DNA of 64,000 nt from positions 14,508,001-14,572,000 of the forward strand of contig NC_042997.1 in the NCBI RefSeq assembly GCF_006345805.1, read 5' to 3'. A program made the position numbers and the translations under genes. Under the pieces are notes generated by a model. It made no database searches and was not told the origin of the DNA. It was given only the letters and a program-made list of their open reading frames with translations. Origin of the DNA: Octopus sinensis (taxonomy: Eukaryota). Positions 40,401 to 55,587 of the stretch are shown one piece after another; within the stretch, counting starts at the first letter, position 1, and every line of letters starts with the position of its first letter.

Positions 40401-43400
40401 AACTCCATGGAATAAATAGATATTTATGTCATATTAATAATACCAATTTTCATGTGTAAAAATGTGATATTATATTTTGCTACTAAAAAAAAAAATCTGG
40501 AAAGCATTGATTATAAATATATTGATAACAGACTGTTGGAGTCTTGTAAGCTCCCTGCTAGCCAGTTCCATGTCTAACCATCCAACCTATACCAGCATGG
40601 AAAGCAGACGTTAAATGATGATGATAAATCTTTTAATTCTTTAGGTTGTTTTAGTCATTAACTTCTATTAGTTTCTCATTGTTAAAGAATTTGACACAAT
40701 CTTCAAAGGGAAGTAAATTGCGTTATTGCTAAGAGGGAAAAAGGAAGAATTTTTAACACTTTTGATTCCAGCTTGCATGAGAATTCTCATGGGTCTGTGA
40801 TATAAACTTCTGATTTAAAGAGATCTACATTAAAATATTTCACCAAAATTTCATGCTATTTTAAGCTCCAAACATCAGCTTAACAAAGACATTATTTTAT
40901 TAGATTTATTCATTATTTTCAAATTTAATCAGAACAAACTCAGTGTATTTCAAGAGAAATATGGTAACACAAGTGTTAAATAATATATCTAAGCTATTTA
41001 TGCTTTATATAATTATTTTCTATTTCTAGGCAAGTCCAATGATTCAACCTACATCACTGACAATTGGTTTGTGTGTCCCAAACACTTGTCAAGAAAATGA
41101 ACTGCAAAATTTAGCAAAAATGGGTAGGTAACAATGGTTGGCAAGAATTCTACTTGGAACAACAATTTTAATAATGCATTTTCGTTGCATATCAGAAAGT
41201 AATTCCTCCTATTTTCATAAGTGTTCATCAAGAAATTGGGTAACTGAAAGATATTAAGGATGTTTACCCACTGAAAAAACAGAAGATTACAAGTGGAGAC
41301 TAATTCAGTCCTCACTGCCCCACCCAGGCAAAGCATACAGGCTAAAGGGTAAAACACTTGTGACCCTGAGATACCTGCTGATGATACAAAGAGTTTCCTA
41401 TGTGTAATGGATTCAGAAGAACAGCTTTCAATACTTTTGATTAGTTCCTTCTGTTTCTACATTGAGCAAAGCATCCACAATGTTCATTTTATCTTATTTG
41501 TCAAATGTTCCTTTAACTGCTATATAATAATAATAATAATAATAAACATTGTGTACAGTGCTCAGGTGCACTACAACTCATCGTGCACTACAACTCAGGT
41601 GCACTACAACTCAGGTGTAGTTTCGACGGATTTCAGAAAGCATGAGGGCCTTAAAGGATGCAGTGTCATGGCAGTCAACAACTGACGCAGGCAGTTTATG
41701 ACATATGGTTCTTTGGTACAAGTATAAGAATCATGAAAAATGACCCAAATCAACTAAAACAAAATGGTTAGAGGAAATGTCTGGCTGTGTGGTAAGTAGC
41801 TTGCTTACCAGCCACATGGTTCTGGGTTCAGTCCCACTGCGTGGCACCTTGGGCAAGTGTCTTCTACTATAGCCTCGGGCTGACCAAAGTCTTGTGAGTG
41901 GATTTGGTTGACAGAAACTGAAAGAAGCCCATTATATATATGTATATATATATGTATGTGTGTGTATGTTTGTGTGTCTGTGTTTGTCCCCCAACATCAC
42001 TTGACCACTGATGCTGGTGTGTTTACGCTCCCGTAACTTAGCAGTTCGGCAAAAGAGACCAATAGAATAAGTACTAGGCTTACAAAGAATAAGTCCTGGG
42101 GTCTATTTGCTCGACTAAAGGTGGTGCACAAGCATGGCCACAGTCAAATGAATGAAACAAGTAAAAGAGTAAAAGAGTAAAGAGTATAAGTTGAATTTTT
42201 TTACAAATTGGAGCACTGCATCCTAAAAACTTCCACGCTTCCTGAGATTCGCCAACACTACACCTGATTTTCTCCCCTCCACACACACGCAAGCATGTAT
42301 CTGACTCATACACTGTTCACTTTCCAGGCATTTGTACATTACTGCATATGCTTTATATGCACTTTTGACAAGTTGTGGTGCACCTGAGCACTGTATACGA
42401 TAATTTCATTATTATAGAGAGAGGGAGAGAGAGAATAAGCGCCATTAAGTATAAGGGTTAAGCACATGAAGGGAAATAACTCTAAATTTTCACATTTTGT
42501 TAAAACTTGATCGTCTACCTTGGACATTTATATGTTATGTTATTTCTCACGAGAAACGGTGTACTTAATCTGAACAAGTGAACCCTTTTGAAATTTCAGG
42601 TATCCATCTTTTACCATATCATGTTGGAGATAATATGACTGCTGTAGCAAGTTGTGAAAAGGATAAACAATATGATGGGAAAGCCATTTTCTCAATGTAA
42701 GTATAAGTTTTAGTTACTAGAACTGTAGAGGGATAAAAGTTGAGTATGAAACTAGACTAGTACTTAATATCGAGAAGTGGTTTTATATTTTATCTTCCCT
42801 ATTTTACTTGGTTCAGTCCTTGGACTGTGGCCATGCTGAAGCACTACCTTAAATTTTTTTAGTCAAACAAATCACCCCCAGCATTTATGGCTTTATAAAT
42901 CTTATAATGTACACTGCAACATAATTTCTTTTCCTCAACAGGCCCTGCCCTATTTAACATTGTCCCGAGGGAGATCAAAGAGGAAAAGGGTCCCATCAAC
43001 TTTAAACGGAGTCTGGATAGATTCCTTCAAAGAAAAACCAGATAAGCCACCCATAATTGGATACAACTCACCCAACAAGAACTCACTACGTGAACAAAAC
43101 TTGACTTAAACAAAACTTGACTTAAACAAAACTTGACTTAAACGGGATTCGAATAATCCTATCAGGTGGTGCTATTAAGTTAGACATGACCTGGACCAAT
43201 CTTTGGTCGAAACATATCTAAGTTATCTAAGTTATACTTATTCTGTTATTTTTTTTTTTTTCAAAACTGCTAAGATATAGGGACAAGGACAGACCAGTAC
43301 CGGTATTCAAGTGGTGGGTCAAGACAAATACAAACACACACACACACACACACACTCAGAGACATATGTGAATGTATGTGTGTGTGTGTGTGTGTGTGTG

Positions 43401-45098
43401 TGCATGCACGCATGTGAGCATGTGCATGTGTGTGTGCATGCGCACATGTGAACATGTGTGCGTATGTGTGTTTCCATATCTGTGTTTGTCCTCCAACACT
43501 ACTTGACAACCAGTGTTGGCTTCTTTGAAACAAGTAAGAGGTAAAAGATAGCTATTAACGCTGCAAGTCTTTATGCAGTTGCTTATTTTGCAAGCAACAG
43601 CAGCCAAAATCATATTCTACTGCCTTACAAAGGAATATGTTGGTTAATCACCGTGATCACCATGACCGACCAGGCTATCAGATGTTGTTACATATCGCTG
43701 GTCACAATGCGCTTCACATTGTTTTAGCCTTCAAATGACGCCACCCCGCTGGCTAGGCGAGCAGGCCAACAGAAGAAAGAGTGAGAGAAAGTTGTGGCGA
43801 AAGAGTACAGCAGGGATCGCCACCCCCACACCCTGCCGGAGCCTCGTGGAGCTTTTGGTGTTTTCGCTCAATAAACACTCACAACGCCTGGTCTGGGAAT
43901 CGAAACCACGATCCTACGACCGCGAGTCCGCTGCCCTAACCACTAGGCCATTGCGCCATGTTGGATAATATGGTCCTATAAACACTATGTTTACAAAAAA
44001 AAAAACATGACACGATAATCATGGCTGGAAAATCTTTGATAATAAGTAAGCTTGTTCAGAATTGACCTCAGACTAAACCACTATTGCTTTTGACCATGTA
44101 CACACACACACACAACTATGCCTGCGTTACTCTTCCTTCAATAACTTTTATACACATTGCTATCAGCTAGACATAATCTAGATACTTTGATACTTTGCAC
44201 AGAAGCTACTTTAGTTCAATGAACAGGAACTTTAAATGTATCTTGTTATCACAACTTGATAATCTAATTCTCTTTTAATGATACTAAACTATAGACCCAA
44301 TATATATCGGTTAATGGGCAAGCAAGAATAACATTCTTTGTCATGGATACTGTGTAATACATGTGATCAGTTCTACATTTTATTGGAATGTCACCATTCC
44401 GTCCACTCATCAGATGCAACTATTAAACACCAAAGAAAAGATAGATATAGACAAAGGCAGTGAGCTGGCAGAAATGTTAGCATGCTGGGCGAAATGCTTA
44501 ACAGTTACATTCTGAGTTCAAATTCCGCCAAGGTCGACTTTGCTTTTCATCCATTCAGGGTTGATAAATTAAGTACTAGTTACACACTGGGGTCGATGTA
44601 ATCGACTTAATCCCTTTGTTTGTCCCCTCTATGTTTAGCCCCTTGTGGGCAATAAAGAAAAAAGAAAAGATATAGACATACTTTAACTATCTTAGAAATT
44701 TTCTGGTCTTTTAATGAAATATTTCTTGCTTCAGAGTGATAGAATTCTAGGTCCTACCTATCATGCTCTATAAAATAACATAATGATCCCATATGGTTCA
44801 CAGTGTCTCCAACACTCAAACCATCATCAAGCTACTTGTTATTTTTATGATTTAACAATATAAGTATTTGCTTATCATTGCAGAGTTTGTATTTCATTAT
44901 TTCTGTTTGCTATTGCTGCTGGAACCTTATATGACCTTTATATACAAGATGCTATTTCTCAGCGAAACACTCTCCCTTCAAAAGCTTCAGAAAATAAAGA
45001 TGACAACAATAAAGGAAATGTGCAGAGCCCAGGTCAATATTCTTGTTATTTGTTTATTTATTTATTTATTTATTTATTTATTTTTTATTATTATTTTA

Positions 45099-45148
<50 letters not shown>

Positions 45149-46005
45149 GAAGGTTGCAAGTTGGCAGAATTGTTAACATGCCAGACAAAATACTTAGCAA
45201 CATTTCATCTGTCTTTACTTTCTGGGTTCAAATTCCTTCTTGGTCATCTTTGCCTTTCATATTTTCATGGTTGATGAATAAGTACCAGTTGAGTAATGGA
45301 ATCAATGTAATTTAGTAGCTCCCTCCACCAAAATTTCAGGCCTTGTGCCCACAAAAGAAAGGATTATTACCATTATCATTATTATTATAAATGTCACACA
45401 GTATGCAATATCGTATACCAGGGGTTTGTACTGTTTGTCAAATAAAATCAAGGACCACAGACAGTACTTTACACAATATGCGTGCAGTTCCAAGTAATGC
45501 CGACTTTTGCAATACACCTAGATTGTAGGCTATTTCTAAGGTTTTCAGATTGGGTGGTATTGAACCCAATGCCCCGATGACAATAGGGATAACCTTTATG
45601 TTCAACTCTCGTAGCTGCCACATCTTAGCGATCTCAATTCTCAGGTCTTCATATTTATCAGCTTTTTCCTTTCTTTCATGACGATATGTTGATCTCCTGG
45701 CACTGCCACATCAGTTATTAGGCACTCTTGTTTGTCCTTTCTAAAGATTACTATATCTGGCCTTCGGTGCTCTAATGTCTTGTCTGTCTGGAAGTCAAAG
45801 TCCCAGAGGATTTTTGCCTTCCCCACTCACAAATGCAAGTGGTATTTCGTCAGCCACTACCTTCTCAGTTCAAAATCCGCTGAGGTTAACTTTGCCTTTC
45901 ATCCTTTCAGGGTCAATAAATTAAGTACCAGTCAAGTATTGGGGTCAATGTAATCGACTATCCCCCTCCCCACAAATTCCAGACCTTGTGCCTGTAGTAG
46001 AAAGG

Positions 46006-46047
<42 letters not shown>

Positions 46048-49000
46048 TAGTTTTATTTTTATAGCGTGCTTACACTTCACTACCAAGCGCAGCTCTGTGT
46101 GCCTTGGGTATGTGCTGTGATTTGTTGTGATGCTCTGTTGGTTATTGTATGGAAAGTGTTCTGCGTAGGATGTGTGCAGTGCCTAGTAGTGCAATTTTCT
46201 GTATGTTATATGTGTTTGTAAGTCCTGGTGTTTTTGTTATGTATTTTCCTTCCATATTTTATATGTATGTGTTGTTGTGTTTTCATTTTTTGGGTAGAGC
46301 ACTGCTGTGAAGTATGCGTGTAAGATAGAAATGTATTCCTTACGTGTCCATTTATGTCTTTTGGGTTTTATTTGCGGGACATGAGGAACAACGTCCGGCC
46401 CATTATTATTATTATTATTATTATTAAGGTGGTGGGTTGGCAGAATTGTCAGCACACCAGGCAAAATGCTCAGCAACATTTTGTTAGACCTTACATTCTG
46501 AGTTCAAATTCTGATGGAGTCAACTTTGCCTTTTCTCCTTTTGGGGGTCAATGAAATAAGTGCCAGTTGACCATTGGTATCGCTGTAATTGACTTCCCCC
46601 TGGAAATTGCTGGTCTTGTGCCTAAATTTGAAACCATTATTACTATTATTGTTAATGGTATTCTGCCACATCATGTCACATGAATCAGGATGGTCCTTTA
46701 TCATCTCCTTATGGGATGCTGCATCTTCAGGTCAGACTTTACCACATCATCCTACGTCTTCCTCAGTCTCCTTCTTTAATGGATTCCACTAACCTGGACT
46801 CTTTGTTATAGCAGTCATTTTTTATATGCATCTCATGCTCATAACAATGCGGCCCTCTCTCTCGTACACTACATCTAGTTTCTCTGTTATCCAAATTTTC
46901 TCTTTGTTTATTTACACTCTGACATTCATGCATACTATTATTGGATGGAAGCACTCTGTCGATTACGACGACGAGGGTTCCGGTTGATCCGAATCAACGG
47001 AACAGCCTGCTCGTGAAATTAACATGTAAGTGGCTGAGCACTCCACAGACACGTGTACTCTTAACGTAGTTCTCGGGGATATTCAGCGTGACACAGAGAG
47101 TGACAAGGCTGGCCCTTTGAAATACAGGCACAACAGAAACAGGACGAAAGAGTGAGAGAAAGTTGTGGTGAAAGAGTACAGCAGGGATCACCACCATCAC
47201 CTGCCGGAGCCTCGTGGAGCTTTAGGTGTTTTCACTCAATAAACACTCACAACGCCCGGTCTGGGAATCGAAACCGCGATCCTATGACCGTGAGTCCGCT
47301 GCCCTAACCACTGGGCCATTGCGCCTCCACATACTATTATTACATATTCATTGGAGCATATTTGATTCATTTCTTTCTAGCTTTTACAAGTTTTCAGCAT
47401 TCAAAGCCCTCCACATCTCACTACCATTCAGTATTGCAATTCAAACACAAGAATCATACAATCTGCAGCCCTTCTTTCTAAAGGGAGAACTTTTGTTGCC
47501 AGCAGAGGTAAAAGCTCCCTGACCTTTTCCAAACCAGTTTTCACCCTGGTTTCTATGCTTTAAGAACAGCAGCTTTCACTGCTGATTTTGTCACCTAAGT
47601 ACAAGAAACTATCAGCTATCTGTAGTATTTGGGTATTTAAAAGGATCATTTGGGTATCTAAAAGGATCTATTTTTGGCATGTTTTTAACGCTTATTTCTC
47701 AGTGTACCTGCTACATACAAAGTCCTTTCTTATTTAGCTTGCATGTAACTCCATTACATCTCTTGAGACTCCATAGCTCATACTGAGTACAGTATATGAA
47801 GTTCCTTCCTATTCCTGTTTGTTATATCAAAGAAGGTTATTCTTCTGAAGATACCTGGGTACTATTACCTTTTCTGCTGAACAATATCTTAGAGTTAGCT
47901 AGGGTGATTTTGAGGCCTCTTGATTCTAGATTTTGATTCCATGTTTGAAATCTTTTCTCTATTTCTACAATAGATTCCGTTATAAGAGCTCATTCCTTCA
48001 GCATATATAGGAGTTCCCAAAATCAGGTGGTCTTGAGCTCCTCTATGGAGAAAGAGAGAGACGGACAGACAGACAGGCAGGCAGGCAGATAGACAGAGCA
48101 TATTTAAAATTATAAATCTGTTGTTAATTATTCAGTGACACTATATTCATCTAACAAGTCAGTTTCATATACATGGTTATTTCAAGAAAATTATAATTCC
48201 ATAAAATATCTTTCTTTTTCAAGAAATTTATAAAGCTTTTGTTTTATTGTCTTTTAAAGGTGCTTTGGGAAAAGCCCTTCTATGTTTTTCCATTTACACA
48301 AACGGGAAAAAATTGCTGAAAACTGAACAAGCGGAAGGGACTCTTAGTTGTGTCCATGGCATAAGGTTTCTCAGTTTGACCTGGGTCATTCTTGGTCACA
48401 CCTATGTTTTTGGAATACAAGTTTTTCGTAAGTAATCCCAGTATTTAACAAGTATTTCATTAATGGTATTAATATAACAATTTGTTCTGAAGTCTTGCCA
48501 ATAAACTTAACCTATAACAAATTTAACTGATTTAGTTTTTGTTTTTATTCTTCAGGGAACCTATTTTCACTTCCTGATATCTTGAAAACTTTTGCATTCC
48601 AAGCAATTGGAAATGCTTTTGTTTCAGTAGACACATTCTTCTTATTAAGGTAAGTTAATAATCAATGATTTATTACTCATTAGTCAATCATTCTATACTA
48701 ATTCCTTTTGACCAGATGTAATATCAATGTTTTATTAGAAGTTGATAAAGGTTTACTATATATCAGGTTGAGTAAAAAGTAAGCAACTTTTGAACCATAA
48801 AGAATTTGTATTGGATTTTTGCAGTTTGATATTTTCTTTTTTTTTTTTTTTTTTGCTATTGTCTGATAATACAGACATAGACTTGCTGAAATGCATCAAT
48901 AAATCGACATCGATATTTTTTCATTATTGTTACAATCATCTGAAATGGAACTGTCAGTGCAATATTCAAGCAATTTTGATATTCAACTTCAAAAAAGGAT

Positions 49001-52000
49001 GTAAAGTAACTGAAACTGCTTGTGATATCAACAAAATGTTAGGTAAGGAAATGATCAGTGAGTGGGAGTGGTTAGCTTGAAAATGGTTTAAGCAATTTTG
49101 CAGTGGAGACCTGAGCCTTGAAGAGTGTGTAGTGTAGTGAACTCCCATCTGTCATCTATGACGGTCAATTAAAGACCACCATTGAGAAAGAACCACATAA
49201 AATCACTTGAGAACTGGGAAAAGAACTTCAAGTTAGCCAGAAAACTGCTTGCAACCATTTGCATGCAATCAGAAAATCAAAAAAGCTCAACAAATGTGTA
49301 CCACATGATTTGAATGAAAATCAGAAAATGCGCAGATATGAAATTTGCTCATTGCTTCTTCTCTGCCACGAGACTGATCAATTTCTTGACCGTATTGTAA
49401 CTTGTGATGATAAGTGGATTCTGTACAATAATGAAAAACATTCTTTGCAGTGGTTGAACCTAAATGAAGCACCGAAAACCTTCCCTAAACCGAAGCTCTT
49501 CAAAAAGAAGATTCTGGTGACTGTTTGGTAGTGAACTGCTGGACTCATCCACTATAACTTCTTAAAACCCGGAAGAACCATTACTGCAGAAACATATTGT
49601 CTTGAAATTGCCAAAATGAACGAAAAGCTGCTACTCTTCCATCCCAGACTGGTCAACTGAAGATGGCAAATCATTCTTCAGGACAATGCATGATCACACA
49701 TTTCAATAATGACGCTCCAGAAGTTGAGAGAACTTGGCTACGAAGTTCTTCCTCACCCAGCTTCTTCCTCAGACTACCACTTTTTCAAGGACCTTGATGG
49801 TTTCTAGCAAGAGAAGATGTTCAAAAATCAAGCCAATGCTGAAAGTTTGCTCAGAGAGTCCATCAGCTCCAGAACTCCACATTTTTATGCTACTGAAATA
49901 AACAAACTTGTAACTCATTGGCAAAAATATGTTGATTGTAATGGCACTTACTTTGATGACTAAAATTCCCACATTGTTGAAATATATTGTGATGAATTTC
50001 ATGTTTCAAAACGTTGCTTACTTTCTACTCAGCCTGAAACTATTTTAGAATTTTACTGTTTTACTTATTTTAGTCATTGGACTGCAACCATGCTGGAGCA
50101 CTATCCTGTAGAGTTAAGTGAACAAATAGATCCTACAATGGCTATTTTAAGACTGGTACTTATTCTATCAGATGTTTCTGCTGAACTGCTAAGTTATAGG
50201 ACTATAAAGAAACCAACACCAGCTGTCATGTGATGGGGGTGTCAAACACAGACATGAAGAAACATACACACACACATACATATATGCAAAGATGTGTGTG
50301 TGTGTGTGTGTGTGTGTATATCACACACATATATATATATAGGTGAGATGTGGTTACAGAATATATTTAAATTGTCATGTTAGAAAAATGTTAGAAAATT
50401 TTGCCTATAGTAACATTGTTTTTGGAGAAATAACCGGTTTGGTTTTTTACATTTCAAATTTCTCAAATTTCTTTACCTATATTGTGTCATGACAACAAAA
50501 CATCCAGACAGATGATACAAAGAAAACAAGGACAGGTCATTTGGAGTTTTCTGTCCTCAGTCGAGTTCCAGATTATCTTTGCAATTTCAGCTGGTTATAC
50601 TCGAGATTGCTCCAATCTGACTAGCCCCAAGGAAAAACTAAGCTAAGAGCATTAGATTCCTTGGAAGAAAGCAGCGAACATCTTTGAAAACAAGGACAGA
50701 AAATAAAATGGGGAAATGTTACACAAATACAAATTCAAATAACAAAACATAACAACAGGTGTCTGCTGGCCATGAATACACTTCCTAGCACCAACCACTT
50801 TACAGATTGTGCTGAATACATTTTTCATGGCAATGACACTAGTAACTCACAAGTATAAAGAGTGGATGGATAACCTGTTCTGTTCAACTGAAGTTATTTA
50901 ATAAAATGTTATATGAATGAAGTAGAGTGAATTTAGTAGAATGAAATAAATACATATTATTTTTACTATTTTCTTTTTTAGTGGTCTTTTGGTAGCTTAT
51001 AGCTTTTTCAAGGCTATAGAAACTACAAATGGTAAAATGAACTGGTTGTATTTCTATTGTCATCGATTTTGGCGGTAAGTAATTTTACTTAACCCTTTAG
51101 CATTCAGATTATTCTGTAAAATGTAAAGCTTATGTATTCACACCATGTAAAATTAATCTTGCATCATTTCATGGCTTTGAGATTTCAATGATGTGACTGT
51201 TTATTTTTAAAAAGACACAATAAGATAGCTATGAATGACCATACCTGACTAGTTTGAACATAAAACAGGTAGAATATTTTGGCCGGATAGGGCCGGTTTA
51301 AATACTAAAGGGTTAAACATCAAAGTGAAAAATATGATTTGAAACAGATTGAATAACTACTTCTGGCAGATTGATAAGTTAACCAAGGGAGGTAATGCTC
51401 CACTACTTCATCTTGAGTTCCCAGGCAGGTGATATAGATGTAGTTGATTCTTCAGCTTGAAGATCTCAGCTTGAAGACATTCAGCCTGAACAGTTTGAGA
51501 GGAGATTCCAGGGGATTTCAGTCTTGGAAAGGACTGCAGGATCTGGGATGTGAGACACAGAAAAGTTGATGAGAGGATTAGGAAATGGATGTGCCATGTG
51601 GACTTAAGTAAAAAGTGTGTGTGACTAGCTATATTAGAAGAGAAGAGATTAGATCATTGCAGCTGTGATAGAAGAGATAAAGTTAAGAAACAATATACCT
51701 CTAAACTAGCTATTGAGGTATGTTGGTGAGCAAATCTTGATCAGTCAATCAGAGAGCTTTTTAAAACATGTAATCTAAGATGGCCATACGTGTGTATGTG
51801 TATGCGTGAGGGGAACCTTCTAATAAAAGTGGTAAGTTCTAAGAAACATCATATCTGTGAGCTATTGCTTGTAGTGTGCTGTGAGTGAATTGTTGCCAAT
51901 CAATCAGATGCCCTTCTTGTGGATACAATCTAAAATGTCATTTTACAACAAACTGGCAGAAGACAAGCACATGCAAGTTGGACAGAAAAAGCACTTTAAG

Positions 52001-54201
52001 GATACACTCAAAGTGCCTCTGAAGAGCTTTGAGATCAACCCCAATACCTGAGAAATGCAAGCATAAAACTGCTCTGCCTGACAAAGCTGCACCAACAGTG
52101 GTGCCACTTCCTTCAAACAGATCAAGATTACAGGGGTACAAAGAACAAGCAAACTGTGCAAGTCCAGAGCCTACTGTTTGTTTTCAGTCCCAGTAGATCA
52201 CCAGGGCTTGACCTGTGGAAGAGCCTTCCATGCATGTGTCAAACTGATTGGCCACAGCCAGTCACACTGTGACCTATCTTCTCCAATATGATGTCCTTGG
52301 TCATTGTTGACACTGATAGACGGACAAATAAGTTTCATCGCCCCATAAGGCAGCGAGCTGGCAGAAACGTTAGCGCGCCAGGCGAAATGCTTAGCGGTAT
52401 TTCGTCTGTCGTTACGTTGTGAGTTCAAATTCCGCCGAGGTCGACTTTACCTTTCATCCTTTCGGGGTCGATAAATAAAGTACCAGTTTCGCACTGGGGT
52501 CGATGTAATCGACTTAATCCGTTTGTCTGTCCTTGTTTGTCCCCTCTATGTTTAGCCCCTTGTGGGTAGTGAAAAAAAAAAAAAAAAAAAAATAAATAAA
52601 TTTCATCGCCCCAGAATATTAGGGTATTGAACGCAACACTTCAGAATCAAAATTTTTAGGTGAAGCCTCCCCCAACAATAAAATTTTAATGAGCAAGATT
52701 CATCAGTCAAGTCTTTAGGGTTATATTTAGGCAATATCTAGCATATGTTGGGGTACATTTTGGGTTTTTTTTTCTTTCAATACTTTGAAAAAACATTATG
52801 ACTGGAAAAAAAAATCTTGTTTTTTGTTTTATTTTTTCTTTTCAGTTTGACTCCTCCCTATATGCTTGTCATGATGGTATACATACCCTTGTTCCCATAC
52901 TGGGGTAGTGGACCTTACTGGCCACCTAATGGCTTTGAGTTTAACTACTGTAAGGATTCGTGGTATTATAATTTACTATATATAAACAACTTATTGGCAG
53001 ATACTAAACCAACAGTAAGTTCTCTTGACAAGCAAATTACAATAGTAAAAGTATTCTAGCATTTACAATTCTATCATTTTCAGAGTTTCTATGATTGCAT
53101 TATCTAAGGTGTCCTTTAATTTTCTAAGGGTTGTGATTTAATGGAAATTCACTGTTGTTTCTAGCACATCAAGTATCCATGAAGTAATACTCTCACTCAA
53201 TTGTTGACGCATTGACTAGTGTTTTTTTTTTTTTTTTGGCATTGCGCTGGTGTAGAGAATACTTGGCAGTATTTAGTCTGGCTATCTGTGCTTTGAGTTC
53301 AAATCCCAGAGAGGTCAATATATCTTCCATCCTTTCAACTAATGTTCCATTTAAGCTGTGAGCTGGTGTATGCACACACATTTTGCAAATAGTATGCAAA
53401 TGCAAAAAGATGTATGCACACAAGATTTTCAAGATGAAATTGAATATTTTTAACCAAAGTAATGAGCTGTATAATTTCATAACAAAACCTTTAAAAAATA
53501 ACACTTAAAAATGGTGTGCATTCACTTAGGTGATCAATATATATTTCTTTATTGCCCACAAGGGGCTAAACATAGAGGGGACAAACAAGGACAGACAAAG
53601 GGATTAAGTCGATTATATCGACCCAGTGCGAAACTGGTACTTTATTTATCGACCCTGAGAGGATGAAAGGCAAAGTCGACCCTGGCGGAATTTGAACTCA
53701 GAATGTAACGACAGACGAAATACCGCTAAGCATTTCGTCCGGCGCGCTAAGCATTTGAGTAATGGTTATTTGCATGGATGTAAGTATACTTTGCAAAGAA
53801 AGACAAAATTTACACATTAGCAAATTTCTGCACACTCCCACAGCAAAAATAATTAGAGAGAACATGGCTTTCAAAGTTGATAAATGTGAAACGGTAAGTT
53901 TATGAGCCAAATCTTTTCTATTTCAGCAGACACTCTAGCTTCTCTTTCTCCTTCCTCTTTATCTCACTTATAAACTAAAAATGTTACCATATTTTCAGAT
54001 ATACAAGTCAACATAATCATATAGTGTAAACATGAAGTGTAAACATTCAAATATTGTCACTATCTTTCCAAATCCTGCTGCATTTTGCATGGAATATTTT
54101 ATTTTCCAGTCATCTTGCTGTATAATTCGACCTACCTTATTGGTTGGAAATTTTGGTCTGAAAAATTTCACTAGTATGCCAGAGAATTTCATAAATTATT
54201 T

Positions 54202-54232
<31 letters not shown>

Positions 54233-55587
54233 AACGGCAAAATGTCTGTGTGTGTGTGTGTGTGTATCCTTTATACAAATCCACAATTTTTCAGTTAGAG
54301 AGCTCACACTTTCTATGGTCATTCAAAATCGTCCAAGGGTGGCCGTGCACATCTTTACATTTCCCCAGTCACCCTGCAAAGCCAAGTGACATTTTTGTGA
54401 ATTTTCTATCCAAAACCCATCAAAATGTCCAAAAGTTGATACGCCAATTGAATGCCAGCTAGCTGTATGTGATTGGTCGGAGATTTGGACAGTACTCGCG
54501 TGTATGTGCACACACACGCAGCTGCATATGCATGCACTAGCACTATGACCCAGCGTTGCTGGGTCATATTGCTAGTATATATATATATATGATAATCAAA
54601 ATAAGCAACAAGGATATCCAGAGGTAATGCAGTACAATCGTTTCATGCGACTCCATTTAATTGAACAATGCAAATATTACATCAATTTTAAAATGCAGAG
54701 CAATCTTCAGCTGCATAAAAATATAGAATTTAGTTAAATTTGAAGGATTCATTTGTAAAGTTTTCCTTTTATCCAAAATCACAAAGAGGATAAGTAGATA
54801 GACAAAGATTTTGGATAATAAGAGAACTTTACAAATGAATCCTTCGAATTTAACTAAATTCTATATTTTTATGCAGCTGAAGATTGTTCTGCATTATAAT
54901 ATTCAATTAAATGGAGTCGCATGAAACGATTGTACTGCATTACCTCTGGATATCCTTGTTGCTTATTTTGATTATAATCACCCCATTTTGAATTATATGG
55001 ATAATACCATACTAAATTCTGGTACCTTTAACTTAAGTACCATATTCAACTGAATCTATATTTTACTGAACTTATATCAAATCAAATCAAACTTAAATCA
55101 AATCAAATCAAAATAGATGAACATCAATGGAATTTGTATCTTTGTGGTACCAGTGCCGGTGGCACATAAGAAAACCATCCGAACGTGGCCGTAGCCAGTA
55201 CCGCATCGACTGGCCTCCGTGCTGTGGGCACGTAACAAACACCATCCGATCGTGGCCATTCGCCAGCCTCATCTGGCACCTGTGTCGGTGGCACATAAAA
55301 ACACCATCCGAGCGTGGCCGTCTGCCAGCCTCGTCTGGCACCTGTGTCGGTGGCACAAAAAAAAAACACCATCCGAGCGTGGCCGTTCGCCAGCCTCGTC
55401 TGGCACCTGTGTCGGTGGCACATAAAATCACCCACTACACTCTCGGAGTGGTTGGCGTTAGGAAGGGCATCCAGCTGTAGAAACACTGCCAGATCTGACT
55501 GGCCTGGTGCAGCCTTCGGGCTCCCCAGACCCCAGTTGAACCGTCCAACCCATGCTAGCATGGAAAGCGGACGTTAAATGACGATGA

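Noticed and set aside
43185-43232. Hammerhead-like ttaga..GACC/GGTC-GAAACATA-tctaa
   Set aside because: No CUGANGA-like core; better explained as the CR1-type LINE 3' stem-loop plus tandem tail.
44380-44420. Minus-strand CTGATGA
   Set aside because: No downstream GAAA or matching helices; isolated 7-mer.
55270-55430. HDV-like ribozyme fold in family E monomers (CCAG-CCTCGT-CTGG)
   Set aside because: Superficial similarity only: P1 would be 4 bp, P2 3 bp, and there is a 10-nt insertion between P3 and P1'.
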